Below are positions 38,122 to 46,766 of a DNA stretch of 64,000 nucleotides, one piece after another. Position numbers and translations under genes: made by a program. How positions within the stretch are numbered: the stretch's first letter is position 1; each line of letters starts with the position of its first letter. The stretch comes from Myxococcota bacterium. Its GTDB lineage: Bacteria > Myxococcota_A > UBA796 > UBA2385. The stretch is taken from positions 1-64,000 of the forward strand of contig JBIJDH010000025.1 in NCBI GenBank assembly GCA_044344255.1, written 5' to 3'. Under the pieces are notes generated by a model, which ran no database searches, had not been told where the DNA came from, and saw only the letters and a program-made list of their open reading frames with translations.

Positions 38122-39158
38122 GCCGCTCCCTCGAACAGCACCTCCGCGACGAGCTGTCGCTCCCGGAGGGGTCTCCGCTGTCCATCCGCCTGCTCGAGGC
38201 GGCTCCCGCCTCTTTGGCGCCGTCGGTGGCCCACGCGCTCCAGCTCCGCGAGCCCCCTCAATCCAGCCTGGCCCGTGGGCTCGATCCCGCCGCGGTCACC
38301 GCCATCCTCGAGGGTGCGCTCCCCTTTGGCCTCGGCCGCTTTGACGAGGCCCCCGACGTCTTCGTGATCCTCCCGACCGAGCTCCATCGGGTGCGGCGGG
38401 CCGACTGGGCCGAGGCGCTCCCCGGGGAGGGCGGCGCGGCCTTGGTGGCCCTCGACAGCCAGCGCGGCCCGATCCGGATCGCGCTCTCGGCCGGGCGGGC
38501 CGTGGTCCTCGACCATGGCGCCGTCTACGAGCTCTCCTTCGCCGATCCGAGCCTCAGCGTGTCGGAGGTTGTCAAGGGGTGTGGCGCCCTGTGGTCCGTT
38601 GAGCCCTGGCTCTGGGAGCGGCTGGTCGCGCTCGAGCAGGGCGCTGACGCCACCGCCTCCCTCGCGGCGGCGGGGGCGCTGCTCCGCCTCTGGCGGCCGG
38701 TCGGCGTCGAAGCGCGGGCGGAGGCCCGGCGGCTGTTACACAGCGGGCGCCTCCCGCCGCCGCTGGCCGCCGCGCAGGCCTGGCTCCGCGCGCTCCCCGC
38801 GGAGCGGCTGAGCGCCACCTCGCGGAGCGCGGCGCGTGAGGCCGACCGCCTCATCGAGGCCCTGGCCCGCGGGATCGAGGCCTGTCTCCGCGCCGAGGTG
38901 GGCGCGACGGCCGCAGTTCGGGCCCTGGTGCTCGATCGGGAGGGGCTCGCCGCCCAGCTCACCGCTCTCCGTGTCGCCGGTGTGGAGGGTGCGGAGGGTG
39001 CGGAGGGCTGCGCCGCCGGCCTCGATCGCGCCGCGCTCTCCGCCTTGGAGGTCCTCCACCTCGCCCTCCCCGCTTGGACCGAGGCCGAACAGGCGCTGCT
39101 CTGGGCCGCGGCCGCCCATGACCCCGCCGCCTGGTGGCCGACCCTGGCGGAGGCCTGA
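38118..39158 (+). CDS. Hypothetical soluble protein (candidate anti-sigma or protease substrate)
   Basis: 346 aa, ATGA and TGATG coupling to both neighbours, no recognisable motif. Confidence 0.7.
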   Translation: MSRSLEQHLRDELSLPEGSPLSIRLLEAAPASLAPSVAHALQLREPPQSSLARGLDPAAVTAILEGALPFGLGRFDEAPDVFVILPTELHRVRRADWAEALPGEGGAALVALDSQRGPIRIALSAGRAVVLDHGAVYELSFADPSLSVSEVVKGCGALWSVEPWLWERLVALEQGADATASLAAAGALLRLWRPVGVEARAEARRLLHSGRLPPPLAAAQAWLRALPAERLSATSRSAAREADRLIEALARGIEACLRAEVGATAAVRALVLDREGLAAQLTALRVAGVEGAEGAEGCAAGLDRAALSALEVLHLALPAWTEAEQALLWAAAAHDPAAWWPTLAEA

Positions 39159-40882
39159 TGCCCCCGAGCCTGCGCGACCTGCTCGACGGCCCACCCCAGA
39201 GCCCCGGCGTCGAGCAGGGGCGGCTGCGGTCCTCCCTCGGCTGGCCCCTCTGCTGGCCCCCTGAGCCCGAGCTGCAAGCCCGCCTCGTGGCCCTCCTCGG
39301 CGCCGCCCCTGCTCCTCGCGACCTGCCGGGCCCGGCCTTCCTCACCGCCGAGGCGGAGCGGGGCGGGCAGGGCGCGCTCTGGCTCTTCGAGGGCAGGACG
39401 CCCACCCCCCTCGGGGGCGTGGCCGCGCGGGCGGTGCAGGCGGCGGCGGCCTTGGCCCTGCGCGCCCTCCCCGACGCCGCCGATCTGGACGCCTTGCTCT
39501 CACCCCCCGAGGCGCCGAAGGGAGCAACGCTCGTCGGGCGCACGGCCGGGCTCCCGCCTGCGGTCGTCGAGGGCGACTCCCTCGGGCTCGCGGCGCTGCT
39601 GCACGCAGGCGCCCGGGCCCTCGGCGTCGATGCGCGCCGCGACGTCGCCATCGGCGCGCTCGACGAGCACGGTCGGGTGCTGCGGGTGGGCGGCCTCGGG
39701 CCCAAGCTCGCGGCGCTGCGCGGTGTCGCCGTCGGGCTCGCCCGCGTCTGGGTCTCGGTAGAGCAGGCCGCCGAGGTGGAGGGGGCGCTGCCTCCGGGGG
39801 TGCAGCTCATCGCGGTGGCCACCTCGGAGGGGGCGATGCAGGTGCTGGGCGCGATGGCCCCCCACCCGAGCCGGCCGAGCGGGGCTGAGCGCGACCAGGT
39901 CGGCGCCCTGTTCGGCCCGCTGATGCGGGCGGCTGTGCAGGTGACGAGCTGGACGGCGGTGGAGCGGGTCGCGAGGCGCTGGGCGGCGCAGGTGGACGAG
40001 CCCCACCTTGGCTGGCAGCTCGACTGGATCGCCGCCACCGCGGGGCGTCACGCGGGGCACCACCCGGAGCGCTTCCCGAGCCCAAGCCCCCCCGTGGGGG
40101 AGCTCGCGGACCCCGTCCGCGCCCTCTTGCTCAGCCAGTGCATTCAGCACGTGGCCGACGGGGGAGAGGGCGACGCCGATCTGCTGCTGGCGGAGCTCCC
40201 CGGAGACGCCGCCCTGCGCGGCGTCGAGTGGCGACAGGCGACGGGCGCGGCCGCCCGACTGGCGCTGTCCCTCGGTCGCCTCGAAGCGGCGGTGCGGTGG
40301 GCCCGGGAGGCGACGCAGGCCTGGATCGAGGCCGAGGCCCGCTCTGGTGCCTCCTTCGCCCTCTGCGCCTGGCTCATCGCCGCGGGAGCCCTGGGCGAGC
40401 CCGGTGCCATTCACTCGGCTCGGCGGGTGGCGACCACCCTCCGGCGCTCCTTCGAGCCCGCTCCCCAGCACTTCGTCGACCTCGCCGCCGCCCGCGCCCT
40501 GCTGCCGATCGACCCCGCGCGGGCCGCCGACGCGCTCCGCGACCTCTCTGGGCGCCTCCAGGCCGCGCCCGACTACCTCCACGGCTCCTGCGGCCGGGCC
40601 TGGGCGGCCGCGGCGCTCGCCCACGGTGATCGGGGCGAGGCGGCGCGCCTCCTCGGGGAGCTCCGGGCCTCCGCGGCGGAGCCCGGCCGCTCGGCAGACC
40701 TCGCCTTTTACCGGGACATGGCCGAGCTCGACCGTGCGCTCGAGGGGGGGCTGCCATGGGAGACAGCGCTCGAGGCCCTGCGCGGCCACCCGCGGCAGCT
40801 CGGCGCCGTCGCCCGCCGCATGCTCCCGCCCGACGCCAGTGCCCCCGCCCTCACGCGCGCGCTCAAGGCCTTCCCGTATTAG
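39158..40882 (+). CDS. Lon-type (S16) Ser-Lys protease domain fused to a TPR-like helical region, no AAA+ module
   Basis: EGDSLG..RRDVAIGALDEHGRVLRVGGLGPK aligns with Lon GPSAG..RADVAMTGEI..GQVLPIGGLKEK. Ser codon 39578, Lys codon 39704. Confidence 0.75.
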   Translation: MPPSLRDLLDGPPQSPGVEQGRLRSSLGWPLCWPPEPELQARLVALLGAAPAPRDLPGPAFLTAEAERGGQGALWLFEGRTPTPLGGVAARAVQAAAALALRALPDAADLDALLSPPEAPKGATLVGRTAGLPPAVVEGDSLGLAALLHAGARALGVDARRDVAIGALDEHGRVLRVGGLGPKLAALRGVAVGLARVWVSVEQAAEVEGALPPGVQLIAVATSEGAMQVLGAMAPHPSRPSGAERDQVGALFGPLMRAAVQVTSWTAVERVARRWAAQVDEPHLGWQLDWIAATAGRHAGHHPERFPSPSPPVGELADPVRALLLSQCIQHVADGGEGDADLLLAELPGDAALRGVEWRQATGAAARLALSLGRLEAAVRWAREATQAWIEAEARSGASFALCAWLIAAGALGEPGAIHSARRVATTLRRSFEPAPQHFVDLAAARALLPIDPARAADALRDLSGRLQAAPDYLHGSCGRAWAAAALAHGDRGEAARLLGELRASAAEPGRSADLAFYRDMAELDRALEGGLPWETALEALRGHPRQLGAVARRMLPPDASAPALTRALKAFPY

Positions 40883-41062
40883 GCCTTCTCCGCGTGCGAC
40901 CCCGAGGTCCGCATCCCCACGGGAGCCCTGTCTGGTCCCGAGCAGCCGGCCAGCCCGGATGAGGGCGTCTACGGCGCGGATCCGGCCCCGAACACCACTT
41001 ACTCTTATCGAGTGGGCGGGCCCGAGGCGTGGTCGGAGGTCTATACCTTCACCACTCCAGGG
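40883..41062 (+). pseudogene. Remnant of a purple-acid-phosphatase-type FN3 domain
   Basis: Start-less frame reading ..PNTTYSYRVGGPEAWSEVYTFTTP. Confidence 0.5.
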
Positions 41063-41099
41063 GTGACGGGCAGCACGAGCCCCATGCGCGGGCAAGCCC

Positions 41100-43007
41100 C
41101 TATCGGGGCGCCCCCGTCTCCCCGAAGACCCGCCGGGTGAAGGGGTTGAGGAGCTTGCCCGTGGGGTCCTGCTGGCGGCGGAGCGCCTGAAAGCGGGTGT
41201 ATCGGTCACCGTAGACCGCGAGCATCTGATCGGCCATGTAGTTGGTCTTCTTGCCGAGGTGAGGCTGACCGCCGTATCGGAGGAAGATCTCGTCGGCCTC
41301 TGCGTAGACCTCGGCGTCGAACTGGGAGAGCGGAGTGGCGAGCTCGATGTACGCGGTGGGCCGACCCACCCCGGGCCCGAGCAGCGCCGCCGACTGGTCG
41401 GGGGTGAAGCGCAGCTCGACGATCGAGAAGAAGCGGCGACGGGAGAGCATGTCGATGATGTCCTTCGTACAGGCCCGCCACACCTCGAAGGGGAGCCCGT
41501 ACTCGATCTCGTCGTGCCGATAGAAGAGCCGGCGCCCGAAGCCCATGCTGCCGGGCATGACGAGGCGGTGGTCGGGGGCGAGCGTGTCGGAGGCGAAGCC
41601 GTCCTCGTCGAGGCTCGCCAGCACCTCGGCCACGCCGGGCAGGGCGGCGCTGATCGCGAAGTCTGTGAGCTCCGCGCGCGCCTTCTGCTTCTGCCAGTCG
41701 GGGGTCAGGGGCTCGGTCGTGCGGTTCCAGCGGTGCATGCGCACGCTGTCGCAGCGCTCGCCGCCGCCCACGTAGTAGAAGCTCAGGTGCTCGTTGTGGG
41801 CGAGCAGCGCCTCCATCTCGGCCTCGACTTGCGCCCGGTCGACCATGGCGGTGCTCTTGGCGATGTGGAAGGCCGGGACGAGCTGGAGCTCCACCTCCGC
41901 GATGATCCCCATGGTGCCGAGCGCGCCGAAGGCCGCGTGGAAGATGGGGTCGCCGGGGCGATGTGTGCGGGCCACGCCGGCGGCGTCAATGATCCGCAGG
42001 GACAGGACCTGCTCGGAGAGGAAGCCGTGGTCGCGGCCGGAGCCGTGCAGATCGGTGCAGATGAGGCCGGCGATGCTCTGGGCGTCGGTGGAGCCGAGCA
42101 CCGGGAGGCCGAGGCCCGCGGCCCACAGGGCGGTGTTGAGGTCGCGGAGGCGAATGCCCGCCTGGACCCGCGCGGTCCTCGCCGCTCGGTCGATCGACAG
42201 GACCGCGTCGTAGGCGTCCAGCGAGATGAGGGTGTCGGGGGAGAGCGGTGAGTCGTTGAAGGTGTGTCCGCCGCCCACGACCCGCAGCGCCTGAGACTGG
42301 CCCACCACCTGACAGAGCTCGGCCTCAGACTGGGGACGCAGGTAGGAGTTCGGTTGGACCGAGTAGTTGTTCGTCCAGTTCCGCCAGACACCGTCCGCGA
42401 AGTGCCCCTCGTGATCGGCGGCGCCGGTCGCGAGATACAGCCCGCCCTGTGCGAGATCGAAGAGGTGCGTGCCCATCCGTTCGGCGGCCCGACTGAGGAG
42501 GCCCCGGATCCCCGTGCGCTCCCGGTGATAGGCCCCGAGGGCCTCCGCGAGCCCTTCGAGGCCATTTCCGTGCAGCGCGCGGAGGCAGAAGGACTCGGAC
42601 CAGCGGCGATCGACATGGCCGAGGGCGTCGATGCGGCGGCTGAGGGCGGCGAGCTGCTCCTCGCGGAGGAGGCCTTGCTCGCTGCGGCCGCTGTCGGTGA
42701 TGATCGCGGCGCGCACAAACGCTCGGGGGAGCGTCAGATCGCCGTCGGCGGCGGCGCGGAAGGCCGCCACCAGGGCCTCGACCGTCGCCGACTGAGCGAC
42801 CGTGGGCATCGGCGTCCAGGGTCGGCGAGCGGTGCTCTCGAGCCACCAGCGCAGATCGGTCGCCTCGAGTGAGTCGGCGGCGCCGGTCGCGGCCTTCACG
42901 GCGAGGTGGTCAAGGGGCCAGGCGCCCAAGCGAAGGTCGACCGCGGCCCGCTCGTCTGGGGTGAGCTCAAGGTAAGCGGGGTGGTCCTGGATACGTCCCT
43001 GGCTCAT
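41100..43007 (-). CDS. FAD-linked oxidase (ALO/gulonolactone oxidase family) with about 200 aa N-terminal extension
   Basis: WRNWT, RVVGGGHTF, ICTDLHGSG, GALGTMGII, VELRF, GGQPHLGK. GGAGG before ATG 43007. Confidence 0.85.
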   Translation of the reverse strand: MSQGRIQDHPAYLELTPDERAAVDLRLGAWPLDHLAVKAATGAADSLEATDLRWWLESTARRPWTPMPTVAQSATVEALVAAFRAAADGDLTLPRAFVRAAIITDSGRSEQGLLREEQLAALSRRIDALGHVDRRWSESFCLRALHGNGLEGLAEALGAYHRERTGIRGLLSRAAERMGTHLFDLAQGGLYLATGAADHEGHFADGVWRNWTNNYSVQPNSYLRPQSEAELCQVVGQSQALRVVGGGHTFNDSPLSPDTLISLDAYDAVLSIDRAARTARVQAGIRLRDLNTALWAAGLGLPVLGSTDAQSIAGLICTDLHGSGRDHGFLSEQVLSLRIIDAAGVARTHRPGDPIFHAAFGALGTMGIIAEVELQLVPAFHIAKSTAMVDRAQVEAEMEALLAHNEHLSFYYVGGGERCDSVRMHRWNRTTEPLTPDWQKQKARAELTDFAISAALPGVAEVLASLDEDGFASDTLAPDHRLVMPGSMGFGRRLFYRHDEIEYGLPFEVWRACTKDIIDMLSRRRFFSIVELRFTPDQSAALLGPGVGRPTAYIELATPLSQFDAEVYAEADEIFLRYGGQPHLGKKTNYMADQMLAVYGDRYTRFQALRRQQDPTGKLLNPFTRRVFGETGAPR

Positions 43008-43082
43008 CAATCGGCCTCCATGATCTCCTCTCTCTTGCACGATCTCCCGCCTTGTGCCATCCTCACTGGCCGGAGAGAAGAT

Positions 43083-43904
43083 TTGGAGATCTGCTTCCCG
43101 CTCCCCACGCGCGACTTCGATCCTACCGAAACCGCGATCCCTTGGCGGACGCTTGTCGACGCGGGGCACCGGATCCTCTTCGCCACCCCCGACGGTCAGC
43201 CTGCGCAGGCCGACGAGCGCGTGCTGACGGGGCGAGGCTTCGCGATCTGGCAGCCCTTCTTGCGGGCGGGCGCCCACGCCCAGGAGGTCTACCGGGAGAT
43301 GGCGGCGAGCCCGGCCTTCCAGCGCCCGATCTCCTATGCGGAGCTCGACCTGCGCTCGCCGGACGGCCTCGTGTTGACGGGCGGCCACGCCCCCGAGATG
43401 AAGGCCTACTTGGAGGCGGAGCCCGTGCAGCGCCTCGTGCTGCGCATGATGCGGGCGCGCCGCCCGGTGGGCGCCCTCTGTCATGGCGTGCTCGTGTTGG
43501 CTCGCACGAGAGACCCCGCCACGGGCCGCTCCGTGCTCCACGGGCGGAAGGTCACCTCTCTCAATCGTGTGCAGGAGCTCCTCGCCTGGGGCATGACGGG
43601 CCTCTGGCTCGGGTCCTATTACCGGACCTACCCAGAGACGGTGGAGGCGGAGGTGCGGCTCGTGCTGGCCTCCCCGAATGACTACCTCTCCGGGCCCTTC
43701 TCGGTGCTGCGGGAGGGCCCGCGGAAGCTCGGCGTCGGCTTCGTGGTGCGGGACGGGAACCTCCTCACCGCGCGGTTTTATGGGGACGCCTATCGTTTCG
43801 GCCAGGCCTTCCTGTCGATGCTGGAGGAGGGGCCGGGGCCGGGGCCGGGGCCGGGCCCGGGGGCGGACGGGGAGGGGGAGGGGCCTCCACCGGGGCCGGC
43901 TTGA
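43083..43904 (+). CDS. DJ-1/PfpI (class I glutamine amidotransferase-like) protein
   Basis: DFDPTE..PW, LVLTGGHA, GALCHGV nucleophile elbow, VVRDGNLLTAR. TTG start inferred. Confidence 0.85.
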   Translation: MEICFPLPTRDFDPTETAIPWRTLVDAGHRILFATPDGQPAQADERVLTGRGFAIWQPFLRAGAHAQEVYREMAASPAFQRPISYAELDLRSPDGLVLTGGHAPEMKAYLEAEPVQRLVLRMMRARRPVGALCHGVLVLARTRDPATGRSVLHGRKVTSLNRVQELLAWGMTGLWLGSYYRTYPETVEAEVRLVLASPNDYLSGPFSVLREGPRKLGVGFVVRDGNLLTARFYGDAYRFGQAFLSMLEEGPGPGPGPGPGADGEGEGPPPGPA

Positions 43905-43958
43905 CGGTGTTACGGTGGGGGGCCAGGCCATCGCCGGCTGGGTGAGGGAGCGGTCTCT

Positions 43959-45254
43959 TTGTTGACGGAATTGTTGTTTATCCTCGGGCTGGTGCTCCTC
44001 AACGGGGTCTTCTCGGGGGCAGAGATCGCCGTCCTCTCGATGCGGCGCACCCGGCTGAATGAGCTCGCGGAGGACGGGAGCCGCGCCGCCGCGGCGGTCC
44101 TCAGCCTCCGGGCTGACCCTGAGAGCTTCCTCGCCACCGTGCAGATCGGCATCACGGTGGTCGGCTCTACCGCGGCGGCCTTCGGCGGCGCCTCGCTCGC
44201 CGACGAGATCGCCCCCTTGCTGGCTCGGGTGCCCGTGCTGGCGCCCTACGCCGATCGCATCGCGCTCGGAATTGTCGTGGGGATGGTCTCCTTCCTCTCG
44301 CTCGTGGTGGGCGAGCTGGTGCCGAAGTCACTCGCCCTGCGGGCGGGGGAGTCTTACGCGCTCCTCGTGGGCCGTCCGCTGAGCAGCCTCGCCTGGGCCG
44401 CGCAGCCGATCGTCAAGCTGCTCACTGGCTCCTCGAACCTCGTGCTCCGCCTGTTCGGAGACCGCACCACCTTCACCGAGACCCGCCTCTCGCGCGAGGA
44501 GGTGCAGCAGATCGTCGAGGAGGCCACCACCGTCGGCTCCCTCAACGCGCAGGCTGGCGAGATCGCGGCGCGGGCCATTGACTTTGGCACCCTCGACGTC
44601 CACTCCGTGATGGTGCCGCAGCCGCGAATGGTCGTCCTCTCGAAGGAGGCCACCGCCGCCGAGGTGGCCGCCGTGGCGCTGCGCTCCGGTCACTCCCGCC
44701 TGCCGGTGTACGACGAGCGCCCCGACAACGTGGTGGGCTTCATCAACGTCCGCCGCTACCTCGCCGAGCAGGCCCTCCGGCCGGGCGCGCTGTTGTCGGA
44801 GTTTGTGCACCCCATCCCGCTCGTGCCCGACACCACCTCCGCGCCAGCCCTTCTCCGCCGCCTGCAAGAAGAGCGCTCGCACCTCGCGCTCGTCATCGAC
44901 GAACAGGGCACCATCGTCGGACTCGTGACGATGGAGGACCTCCTTGAGGAGATGGTGGGCGACATCCTGAGCGAGAATGACCGCCCCAGCGCCCGCATCG
45001 TCGCCGAGTCGGAGCGCTCCTGGATCATCCCGGCGGAGCTCGCCCTGCATACGGTCAATCGGGAGCTGGGCTTCGAGCTCCCCGACGGCTCCTACTCGAC
45101 GGTCGCCGGCCTCTGCCTGAGCCTCGCCGGCAAGATCCCCTCGGTAGGGGAGCGCTTCGAGGGCCCCGACGGGCTCGCCTTCGAGGTCCTCGAGGCCACC
45201 CACCGCGCGATCAAGCGGGTGCGCCTCACCCGAGACCGGCCGATCGAGGACTGA
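43959..45254 (+). CDS. CNNM (DUF21)-CBS-CorC/HlyC family protein
   Basis: NGVFSGAEIA, FLATVQIGIT, GELVPKSLA, HSRLPVY, GLVTMEDLLEEMVG. Confidence 0.93.
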   Translation: MLTELLFILGLVLLNGVFSGAEIAVLSMRRTRLNELAEDGSRAAAAVLSLRADPESFLATVQIGITVVGSTAAAFGGASLADEIAPLLARVPVLAPYADRIALGIVVGMVSFLSLVVGELVPKSLALRAGESYALLVGRPLSSLAWAAQPIVKLLTGSSNLVLRLFGDRTTFTETRLSREEVQQIVEEATTVGSLNAQAGEIAARAIDFGTLDVHSVMVPQPRMVVLSKEATAAEVAAVALRSGHSRLPVYDERPDNVVGFINVRRYLAEQALRPGALLSEFVHPIPLVPDTTSAPALLRRLQEERSHLALVIDEQGTIVGLVTMEDLLEEMVGDILSENDRPSARIVAESERSWIIPAELALHTVNRELGFELPDGSYSTVAGLCLSLAGKIPSVGERFEGPDGLAFEVLEATHRAIKRVRLTRDRPIED

Positions 45255-45262
45255 ACCGAAGG

Positions 45263-46051
45263 TCAGGGCGTGGCGCCCGCCTCCCAGCCGCAGCCCACCG
45301 CGAAGACGTCTTCGCCCTGCGCCGCATAGGCTTCGTTCCAGTAGCCCCAGAAGTCCTGGGTGCGCGCCGCGAAGTCGGCGACCTCTGGGTCATCGGCCGC
45401 GGCGGCGGTCATCGCCTCACCGGTGGGGTCGATTTGACCCGTCGAGTTTCCGAGGCCGGGGACGCGGGTAGACAGGCGGTGCACGTCTTCCCCTTCGCCC
45501 CAGGTGTCGTCGGGATCGGCCATCGGCACGAGGCCCGGCTGATCGGACCAGGCCTCGACGAAGGTGATCTCACCTTGGTCGTTGAAGGTGAACTCCTCGT
45601 AGATCGGGCAGGCCTGCCCCGAGTAGTCGAAGTTCACCCGGCAGCGGGTGAAGGGCTGCTCGTCGAAGACGCGGCAGTCCCGCTCGGGCACGGTGGTGTC
45701 GGGGATGGCGACCAGCACGACGGCATCGACCGCCTCGGTGAGGTCACGGCCATAGCCGGTCAGGAGGAGCCAAGGCGGCCACTCCCAGCGGGCCACGAGC
45801 TCGGCGTAGGTGGGGCGGCTCGAGGCATCGGCGCTGGCGTCGAGGCTGTCGAAGTACCGCTCACCCTGTTCCTGGTACCAGGCCTCGGGCTGGGTGCGCT
45901 CGAGGCAGGTGGAGAGGGCGTCTTCGCCGCAGGCGGGGATCGGCGCTCCCGCTGTCTTGTCACAGCCGGAGAGGGCCGCCGCCAGGAGCGGGACGAAGCG
46001 AGCGCCGGGGGGCAGACAGGGGAGCGCTGGGGGGCGCGACGAACGGCTCAT
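45263..46051 (-). CDS. Hypothetical lipoprotein
   Basis: Lipobox LSGC, Trp/Cys-rich globular body, ATGA coupling to the exonuclease gene. Confidence 0.75.
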   Translation of the reverse strand: MSRSSRPPALPCLPPGARFVPLLAAALSGCDKTAGAPIPACGEDALSTCLERTQPEAWYQEQGERYFDSLDASADASSRPTYAELVARWEWPPWLLLTGYGRDLTEAVDAVVLVAIPDTTVPERDCRVFDEQPFTRCRVNFDYSGQACPIYEEFTFNDQGEITFVEAWSDQPGLVPMADPDDTWGEGEDVHRLSTRVPGLGNSTGQIDPTGEAMTAAAADDPEVADFAARTQDFWGYWNEAYAAQGEDVFAVGCGWEAGATP

Positions 46052-46656
46052 GGTCGCTCCGAAGGGGGGAAGGGATCAGGGGGCCGCGGGGCGCCGCGCG
46101 GGAGGGCGACGGCGAAGAGCCGCAGCGTGTTGGCCGCGTCCACGCCGGCGTCGTGGGCCGGCTGCTCGGGGTGGATCCCGTGGGCGGCGAGGGCGGCCTC
46201 CAGGGAGCGGCGACGGGTGCCCCCGTGGAGGACGTGGAGGAGCTGAGCGAGATCGAGGTTGGGCCCGAAGGGGCTCTCGCCGGAGTGGCGGGCGGCGTGC
46301 TCGGCGAGCCGGGGGACGTCGTCTCCCCAACAGACGGTGAGGCGCCGCGCGGGGGCCCAGGCCTTGCGGAGGGTAGACAGGACCTCGCGCAGGGGCCGCC
46401 CCCGGGACTGCAGGGTGGCCGCGTCGAGGCCGGTGAGCGCGGTGCAGAACGCGCTCACGCTGCGGTCGGGGGTCAGGCGGGGCGGGCGGACGAGCCAGGT
46501 CTCCCTGCGGGAGAGCTGGCCGTCGGCGAGGCGCAGCTCGGCCATCCCGATCGAGATGATCTCTCGCGCCTCTCCCTCGGGTGTGGGACCGTCCCAGCAC
46601 GTGAGCTCGAGGTCCATCCCATAGACACAGTCAGTGCGGAGCTCGGCGCCGGCCAC
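46048..46656 (-). CDS. DEDDh 3'-5' exonuclease (ERI1/KapD-like)
   Basis: MDLELTCW, EIISIG, FCTALTG, WGDD, HDAGVDA. GGGAGG RBS. Confidence 0.85.
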   Translation of the reverse strand: MAGAELRTDCVYGMDLELTCWDGPTPEGEAREIISIGMAELRLADGQLSRRETWLVRPPRLTPDRSVSAFCTALTGLDAATLQSRGRPLREVLSTLRKAWAPARRLTVCWGDDVPRLAEHAARHSGESPFGPNLDLAQLLHVLHGGTRRRSLEAALAAHGIHPEQPAHDAGVDAANTLRLFAVALPRGAPRPPDPFPPSERP

Positions 46657-46766
46657 GGTCAGTCCTCCCGGTCCGCCACCCTACCAGAGCGCCGGCTCGT
46701 CGGGGGAGCCGCCCCCCGTCGAGCCGCGACCTGCTACCATGACCGCCTCGCATCAGGATCCGCGCC

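Noticed and set aside
39158..40882. Housekeeping Lon or RadA
   Set aside because: No Walker A/B motifs, Lon N-domain or RadA zinc finger.
43008..43931. Extension of the FAD oxidase ORF to 943 aa
   Set aside because: It overlaps the DJ-1/PfpI gene on the opposite strand, and there is a good RBS at 43007.
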